Part shown: positions 59,001-64,000 of the stretch, in pieces
How positions within the stretch are numbered: the stretch's first letter is position 1
How the letters are laid out: the number at the start of each line of letters is the position of its first letter
Source of the DNA: an uncultured Roseivirga sp.
Lineage (GTDB): Bacteria > Bacteroidota > Bacteroidia > Cytophagales > Cyclobacteriaceae
Assembly: GCA_947493005.1 (NCBI GenBank)
Contig: CANLOY010000002.1
Span: 461,810-525,809, forward strand
Direction: 5' to 3'
Length of the DNA: 64,000 bases
Notes under the pieces: generated by a model
What the model was told of the DNA's origin: nothing
Seen by the model: the letters and a program-made list of their open reading frames with translations, nothing else
Database searches by the model: none
Position numbers and translations under genes: made by a program

Positions 59001-62000
59001 TCCGTTGTTCCTGTCCCTGAATTACCCGCTACATCCGTAACTCCTGTATTATCCATGGTAATCACATTAGTAGCATCTTCAATACCAGCTGTAGGCGTAA
59101 AAGTTGCTGCATAAGTCTTGCCTCCATCTGCTGAGCTTACCGCTGTCATCGTACCATTAGGTATTGTCAAGTCAGTATTATCAAAACCAGTCACTACCTC
59201 TGAAAAAGTAATTGTAACAAGACTCGTCTCTCCTGCTACAAGGGCATTATCTGCTAAAACAATTGTTACTGTAGGTCTTTTAGTATCTATTGTAAAATTA
59301 CCTGAATCGGTAGTGCCCGCTCCTGCATTGCCGCCTCCATTAGCTACTCCTGCCTTATCTACAGTGATCACATTGGTAGCATCTTCCACATCGGCTATCG
59401 GGGTAAAGGTTGCAGTGTAAGTCTTACCCCCATCGGCTGAACTTACTGTAGTCATTGTACCATTAGGAATTGTCAAATCAGTGTTGTCAAACCCAGTCAC
59501 TATTTCTGAAAAAGTAATCGTCACCAGACTAGTCTCCCCTATGTTTAAAGCATTATCGGCCAGCACCACCGTAACTGTTGGTTGTTTGGTATTGATCGTG
59601 AAGTTAGACGAGTCGGTTGTACCTGTGCCTGTATTACCTGCTACATCAGTTACTCTGGTATTGTCTACCGTAATCACATTGGTGGCATCTTCCAAATCAG
59701 CTGCCGGGGTATAGGTTGCAGTATAGGTCTTGCCACCATCTGATGAGCTTACTGCTGTCATCGTGCCATTTGGAATAGTCAAATCTGTATTGTCGAACCC
59801 TGTCACTATCTCCGAAAAGGTAATTGTCACTAAACTGGTCTCCCCGGCCTTCAAAGCATTGTTGGCCATCACTACCGTAACTGTAGGTGTGATTCCATCA
59901 ATCACCAGGGCTTTATTGGCTCCTAGCGAGTTAGTCGCTCCAGGACTGGCCAAGTTCAGTATAGCGTCCAATCCATTGTTCTTGATCGTCCCTCCGTTTA
60001 ATGTCAATGAGGTAGTCGCCTTGTAGTCCAAATCCAAACTCTCATCTCCTGCCTGAACGGTATAATTGAAAGTCAAAGTATTTGTAGTCGTTCCTGATAC
60101 ATAATCAATCGTTCGGTCTGTTGCGCCTGTTTCCAGTGTCAGCTGGGGAGTACCTGTCACTATTACAGGTAAATTAAAGGTAACAGTGACTGCTATTACA
60201 TCGCCTACCTTGTAACTACCATCTGCCGTTGTCGAACTCACAGAGGTAACCACTGCCGCATCATCATCATTGATCGTTATCGTCTGTTGCTGAACTCCGT
60301 TCTCTGTTGCCTTACTAACACCAGTGATATCAATAATAATCGTCTCATCTCCCTCTGCATCTGTGTCCTGGGTCGCTGTAATACCTACTGTTGCATTTGC
60401 TGACAATTGCCCTGCCATTATTGTGATATTGGTGCTTGCCGTACTATTATAATCCGTACCATTGGTAGTCGTTCCTGAATAAGCTAAAGTAACTGTTACA
60501 TCCTGAGAGGATGTCTGTGATAGTGTCGCGGTTACTGTTGATGTCCCTGAGGCTTCTGCTATACTCGAATTGCCTACGCTTAAACTAACCGTTGGAAAAG
60601 CAGATATCACTATTGCTTTATTAGCTCCCAAAGAATTAGCAGCTCCTGGACTAGCCAAGGTCAAGGTAGCATCATTGCCAGCTCCATCTTTTATCGCTCC
60701 TCCATTTAAACTTAGTGAGTTGGTAGCCTTATAATCCAAATCTGTACTCTCATCTCCTGATTGAGTTGTATATGCAAAACTCAGTGTATTGGTACCACTA
60801 CCTGAAGCATAATTAATAGTTCTGTCAACAGCTCCGGTTTCCAGTGCCAGTTGTGGAGTCCCTGTTACAGTTACTGACTCACTGAAAGTTACCGTTATAG
60901 TAATTAACTCTCCTATTCCATAGGTACCATCTGCTTTAGTACTACTCACACTTGTTACTGTTGGGGCTACACCATCAATCACTAGAGCTTTGTTCGCTCC
61001 CAGTGAGTTCGCGGCTCCGGGACTGGCCAGGGTCAAAGTGGCATCGTTGCCTGCTCCATCTTTTATCGTGCCTGAGTTCAAGGCCAGTGCAGATGTAGTA
61101 GTGTAGTCCAGATCAGCACTAACATCACCTGATTGTATTGTGTAGTTAAAAGTAAGGGTGGTGCCTCCACTACCAGAAGTATAATTCACAGTACGGTCTG
61201 TAGTACCTGTCTCTAAGGTTATTTGTGGAGTACCTGTTACTGTAACGGCTTCACTAAAAGTCACGGTTACTGAAACAATATCGCCCACTTTATAAGTGCC
61301 ATTGGCTGTTGAACTACTCACTCCTGTGACTGTTGGTACTACCCCATCGATAACCAAAGCTTTATTAGCTCCCAATGAGTTGGTTGCCCCGGAACTGGCC
61401 AATGTCAAAGTAGCATCGTTGCCGGCTGCGTCCTTAATCGTGCCTGAGTTCAATGCCAGTGCTGTTGTGGATGTATAATCCAAATCTGAGCTGACATCAC
61501 CTGATTGTACGGTGTAGTTAAAAGTCAAGGTTGTGCTACCACTGCCTGAACTGTAATTCACAGTGCGATCTGTAATACCTGTCTCTAATGTTATTTGTGG
61601 TGTTCCTGTCACTGTAACTGCTTCGCTAAAAGTTACCGTTACCGCTATTACATCGCCCACTTTATAGGTGCCATCTGTTGTAGTACTACTTACACTCGTC
61701 ACCGTTGGACCTGTGGTATCAATCACCAAAGCTTTATTAGCACCTAGTGAGTTCGCTGCCCCGGGACTGGCCAAGGTCAGTATAGCGTCCAATCCATTGT
61801 TCTTGATCGTCCCTCCGTTTAATGTCAATGAGGTAGTGGCCTTGTAGTCCAAATCCAAACTCTCATCTCCTGCCTGAACTGTATAGTTGAAAGTCAAAGT
61901 ATTTGTAGTCGTCCCTGACGTGTAATTAATCGTTCGATCTGTTGTGCCAGTCTCTAATGTAAGCTGAGGTGTTCCAGTAACTATTACAGGTAAATTAAAA

Positions 62001-64000
62001 GTAACAGTGACTGCTATTACATCACCTGCCTTGTAACTACCATCTGCTGTTGTCGAACTCACAGAGGTAACCACTGCCGCATCATCATCATTGATCGTTA
62101 TCGTCTTTTGCTGAACTCCGTCCTCTGTTGCCTTACTTACTCCTGTGATATCGATGATAATCGTCTCATTGCCTTCTGCATCTGTGTCCTGAGTGGCTGT
62201 AATGCCTACTGCTGCATTTGCTGACAACTGACCTGCTGTTATCGTGATGCTGGTGCTGGCAGAACTATTATAATCTGTTCCATTAGCCGCAGTTCCTGAA
62301 TAGGCTAAGGTAACAACTACATCCTGAGAGGAGGTCTGAGATAGTGTCGCAGTTACCGTTGAGGTTCCTGCAGCTTCTGTGATACTCGCACTGCCTACGC
62401 TTAAACTAACCGTTGGAAAAGCAGATATCACTATTGCTTTATTAGCTCCCAAAGAATTAGCAGCTCCTGGACTAGCCAAGGTCAAGGTAGCATCATTGCC
62501 AGCTCCATCTTTTATCGCTCCTCCATTTAAACTTAGTGAGTTGGTAGCCTTATAATCCAAATCTGTACTCTCATCTCCTGATTGAGTTGTATATGCAAAA
62601 CTCAGTGTATTGGTACCACTACCTGAAGCATAATTAATAGTTCTGTCAACAGCTCCAGTTTCCAGTGCCAGTTGTGGAGTTCCTGTTACGGTTACTGACT
62701 CACTGAAAGTTACCGTTATAGTAATTGATTCTCCTATTCCATAGGTACCATCTGTTTTAGTACTACTCACACTTGTTACTGTTGGGGCTACACCATCAAT
62801 CACTAGAGCTTTGTTCGCTCCCAGTGAGTTCGCTGCTCCGGGACTGGCCAAAGTCAAGGTAGCATCATTACCTGCTCCATCCTTAATCGTTCCTGAGTTT
62901 AATGCCAGTGCCGTTGTGGATGTATAATCTAAATCTGAACTGACATCACCAGCTTGTACTGTATAGTTAAAGGTTAGTGTCGTACCTCCACTACCTGAAC
63001 TGTAATTCACTGTCCTGTCTGTAGTACCAGTCTCTAATGTTATTTGTGGAGTCCCTGTCACTGTAACTGCTTCACTAAAGGTCACCGTTACTGCTACTAC
63101 ATCACCTACTTTATAGGTGCCATTGGCTGTGGAACTACTCACGCCTGTTACTGTTGGGGTTACCCCATCGATAACTAAAGCTTTATTGGAACCTAATGAG
63201 TTCGCTGCCCCAGGACTAGCCAACGTCAAGGTAGCATCATTATCTGCTGCATCTTTTATCGTGCCTGAGTTTAGTGCCAGTGCTGTTGTGGAGGTATAAT
63301 CCAAATCTGAACTGACATCTCCTGATTGTATCGTGTAGTTAAAGGTTAGCGTAGTACCTCCACTGCCTGAACTGTAATTCACCGTTCTGTCTGTGGTACC
63401 GGTCTCTAATGTTATCTGCGGAGTACCTGTTACTGTAACTGCTTCACTAAAGGTTACCGTTACTGCTACTACATCCCCTACTTTATAGGTACCATTGGCT
63501 GTTGAACTGCTCACACCCGTTACTGTTGGGGCTACCCCATCAATTACCAAAGCTTTGTTTGCTCCCAATGAGTTTGTTGCCCCTGGAGTTGGTAGCGTCA
63601 ATGTCGCATCATTGCCTGCTGCATCCTTAATCGTGCCTCCGTTTAATGCCAAAGCACTTGTGGACAAATAATCTAGATCCGTACTGACATCACCCGCCTG
63701 AATTGTGTATTTGAAAGTAACAAAAGAGGTTCCTGAGCCTTCACTGTAATTTACCGTGCGATCCGTAGTACCAGTCTCTAATGTTAATTGTGGAGTATTT
63801 GTAATGGTTACTGCCTCAGAAAAGATAACATCTATGGATATAACACTGCCCACACCATAGGTACCGTTGGCGGTAGAGGCATTAACAGAAGAGACTGTTG
63901 GAACTACCCCATCAATCACCAGAGCTTTGTTCGCTCCCAGTGAGTTCGCTGCTCCAGGACTAGCCAAGGTCAAGGTAGCATCATTACCGGTTCCATCCTT
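56018..64000 (-). CDS. Giant T9SS type A-secreted adhesin, C-terminal 2660 aa (5' part lies beyond the window)
   Basis: The frame is open to 64000. Contains Ig-like repeats, two Calx-beta domains, Big-type domains, a cadherin domain (NAPTDI...FDFE), an ASH/choice-of-anchor D-like domain, and the CTD LYPNPTTNKL...SGVYLI...KKVMIR. Confidence 0.93.
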   Translation of the reverse strand, partial: KDGTGNDATLTLASPGAANSLGANKALVIDGVVPTVSSVNASTANGTYGVGSVISIDVIFSEAVTITNTPQLTLETGTTDRTVNYSEGSGTSFVTFKYTIQAGDVSTDLDYLSTSALALNGGTIKDAAGNDATLTLPTPGATNSLGANKALVIDGVAPTVTGVSSSTANGTYKVGDVVAVTVTFSEAVTVTGTPQITLETGTTDRTVNYSSGSGGTTLTFNYTIQSGDVSSDLDYTSTTALALNSGTIKDAADNDATLTLASPGAANSLGSNKALVIDGVTPTVTGVSSSTANGTYKVGDVVAVTVTFSEAVTVTGTPQITLETGTTDRTVNYSSGSGGTTLTFNYTVQAGDVSSDLDYTSTTALALNSGTIKDGAGNDATLTLASPGAANSLGANKALVIDGVAPTVTSVSSTKTDGTYGIGESITITVTFSESVTVTGTPQLALETGAVDRTINYASGSGTNTLSFAYTTQSGDESTDLDYKATNSLSLNGGAIKDGAGNDATLTLASPGAANSLGANKAIVISAFPTVSLSVGSASITEAAGTSTVTATLSQTSSQDVVVTLAYSGTAANGTDYNSSASTSITITAGQLSANAAVGITATQDTDAEGNETIIIDITGVSKATEDGVQQKTITINDDDAAVVTSVSSTTADGSYKAGDVIAVTVTFNLPVIVTGTPQLTLETGTTDRTINYTSGTTTNTLTFNYTVQAGDESLDLDYKATTSLTLNGGTIKNNGLDAILTLASPGAANSLGANKALVIDTTGPTVTSVSSTTTDGTYKVGDVIAVTVTFSEAVTVTGTPQITLETGITDRTVNYSSGSGSTTLTFNYTVQSGDVSSDLDYTSTTALALNSGTIKDAAGNDATLTLASSGATNSLGANKALVIDGVVPTVTGVSSSTANGTYKVGDIVSVTVTFSEAVTVTGTPQITLETGTTDRTVNYTSGSGGTTLTFNYTIQSGDVSADLDYTTTSALALNSGTIKDGAGNDATLTLASPGAANSLGANKALVIDGVAPTVTSVSSTKADGTYGIGELITITVTFSESVTVTGTPQLALETGAVDRTINYASGSGTNTLSFAYTTQSGDESTDLDYKATNSLSLNGGAIKDGAGNDATLTLASPGAANSLGANKAIVISAFPTVSLSVGNSSIAEASGTSTVTATLSQTSSQDVTVTLAYSGTTTNGTDYNSTASTNITIMAGQLSANATVGITATQDTDAEGDETIIIDITGVSKATENGVQQQTITINDDDAAVVTSVSSTTADGSYKVGDVIAVTVTFNLPVIVTGTPQLTLETGATDRTIDYVSGTTTNTLTFNYTVQAGDESLDLDYKATTSLTLNGGTIKNNGLDAILNLASPGATNSLGANKALVIDGITPTVTVVMANNALKAGETSLVTITFSEIVTGFDNTDLTIPNGTMTAVSSSDGGKTYTATYTPAADLEDATNVITVDNTRVTDVAGNTGTGTTDSSNFTINTKQPTVTVVLADNALNIGETSLVTITFSEIVTGFDNTDLTIPNGTMTTVSSADGGKTYTATFTPIADVEDATNVITVDKAGVANGGGNAGAGTTDSGNFTIDTKRPTVTIVLADNALVAGETSLVTITFSEVVTGFDNTDLTIPNGTMTAVSSADGGKTYAATFTPTAGIEDATNVITMDNTGVTDVAGNSGTGTTDSGNFTINTKVPTVTVVLADNALKAGETSLVTITFSEVVTGFDNTDLTIPNGTMTAVNSSDGGKTYTATFTPTTDIEDATNVITVDNTGVANTGGNAGAGTTDSGNFTIDTKRPTVTIVLADNALTAGETSLVTITFSEVVTGFDNTDLTIPNGTMTAVSSADGGKTYTATFTPTAGIEDATNVITVDNTGVTDVAGNAGVGIKDSPNFTIDTAPPTVPILSSISDDSGVSASDENTMDNTLIFRGTGEIGSSVEVFINGASIGTTTVDVTGAFSFDHSGTALTDATYSITAKATDAVGNVSALSTSLSVIVDNSVLSPIVLSISDDTGLSLTDGITKDRTLVFSGTAEANSTVEIFIDGTSIGSTMANDSGVWTYDHTGTTLANGSYLITAKTTDRAGNVSGLSTVFGVTIDTVLPTSITINTVAGDDVINAVEDDTNTIISGTTLGVEDGGRVDVVVNGITYTATVNSNTWSVTLSSAAQQGINPNEVITASVQDIAGNLGVHATRAIKHDWQLPRVTLTNNVGALTNGAFTVTVDYNEEVSGFVLTDIVLSNGLASDFTQTLAGRVWTLKVTPIANGVVTVDVPPGIAMDNVGNPNISSSQLSTTYDATAPSLTITTPTTSVTGAFIATFTFSEAVTNFVGTDISVTNGTLGGFTTVSSSVYTATITPTASGTVSVSVSADRATDQAGNGNTSGYVDVSFNNAPTDINITANSSFTENNSIGDVAGTLSTVDANTGDTHIYSLVSGTGDADNASFTITGSQLKAAVVFDFEAKSSYSIRLRTNDGNGGTFEKSFIISIIDVAEPDMRITGDLNIPATALGLTSNFNITIHNDGDADLTVSSITYPTAYGGSAGPLTITSGNNQVVTITFSPTAAVVYSGNIVINSNGGTGTLAVSANGAIVTAVEDEAIDESKVNLYPNPTTNKLTIDLSAFSGKPLDISLMDLQGLQHYSRNKFKENTLEIDVSNYTSGVYLILLRTENQVIQKKVMIRQ
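58365..59890 (-). repeat. Five tandem 306-nt (102-aa) Ig-like repeats
   Basis: Anchor cagtattatc and variants at 58561, 58867, 59173, 59479, 59785 (exact 306-nt period). Confidence 0.92.
59915..63555 (-). repeat. Two tandem 1821-nt (607-aa) super-repeats, each four 124-aa Ig units plus one Calx-beta
   Basis: Anchors at 59961/61782 and 60581/62402 differ by 1821; the 372-nt sub-period is seen at 62777, 63149, 63521. Confidence 0.9.

Noticed and set aside
57027-63299. Plus-strand ORFs inside the adhesin (e.g. 58506-58808, 59118-59420, 61296-61478, 63117-63299)
   Set aside because: These are antisense shadows of Thr/Val/Gly-rich repeats; they recur with the repeat period and have no independent signals.
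58365-63555. Regular DNA repeats as a possible CRISPR or non-coding array
   Set aside because: The periods (306, 372, 1821 nt) are multiples of 3 inside one open frame; there are no unique spacers and no cas genes.
1-64000. Search for tRNA, rRNA, SRP RNA, IS or prophage
   Set aside because: No intergenic segment showed tRNA arms or rRNA-like sequence, and no ORF had transposase, integrase or phage motifs. This was by eye; tRNAscan-SE and Infernal would be decisive.

Overview
AT-rich chromosomal window from a Bacteroidota bacterium, probably Cytophagales. This is inferred from T9SS cargo proteins, TAnnTTTG promoters, the acpP-fabF-rnc operon and an IPExxxVDY-type gene. It holds about 58 CDSs. 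I found no rRNA, tRNA, CRISPR array, integrase or transposase. The backbone is housekeeping (hisS, pdhB, ffh, miaA, pyk, acpP-fabF-rnc-nadE, lgt) plus a YfhO/GT4/flippase glycan locus with two methyltransferases. Five accessory modules stand out. (i) An ECF sigma/HEAT anti-sigma/3x DUF4097-like operon followed by a stand-alone PspC-N-like gene (0.5-4.6 kb). (ii) A lipoprotein plus secreted AHSMG alpha/beta hydrolase pair between nadE and lgt (39-41.5 kb). (iii) A POTRA barrel, PorV-like barrel and HhH barrel cluster (43-47.5 kb). (iv) A divergent Cys/His-rich island with two MarR regulators, each arm with its own visible operator dyads, ending in a truncated MFS remnant that is missing from the ORF track (49.5-55.1 kb); this is my best candidate for an undescribed redox/copper stress system. 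(v) The 3' 8 kb of a giant T9SS adhesin with nested 306/612-nt and 372/1821-nt repeats. All family assignments come from motif recognition, not database searches.
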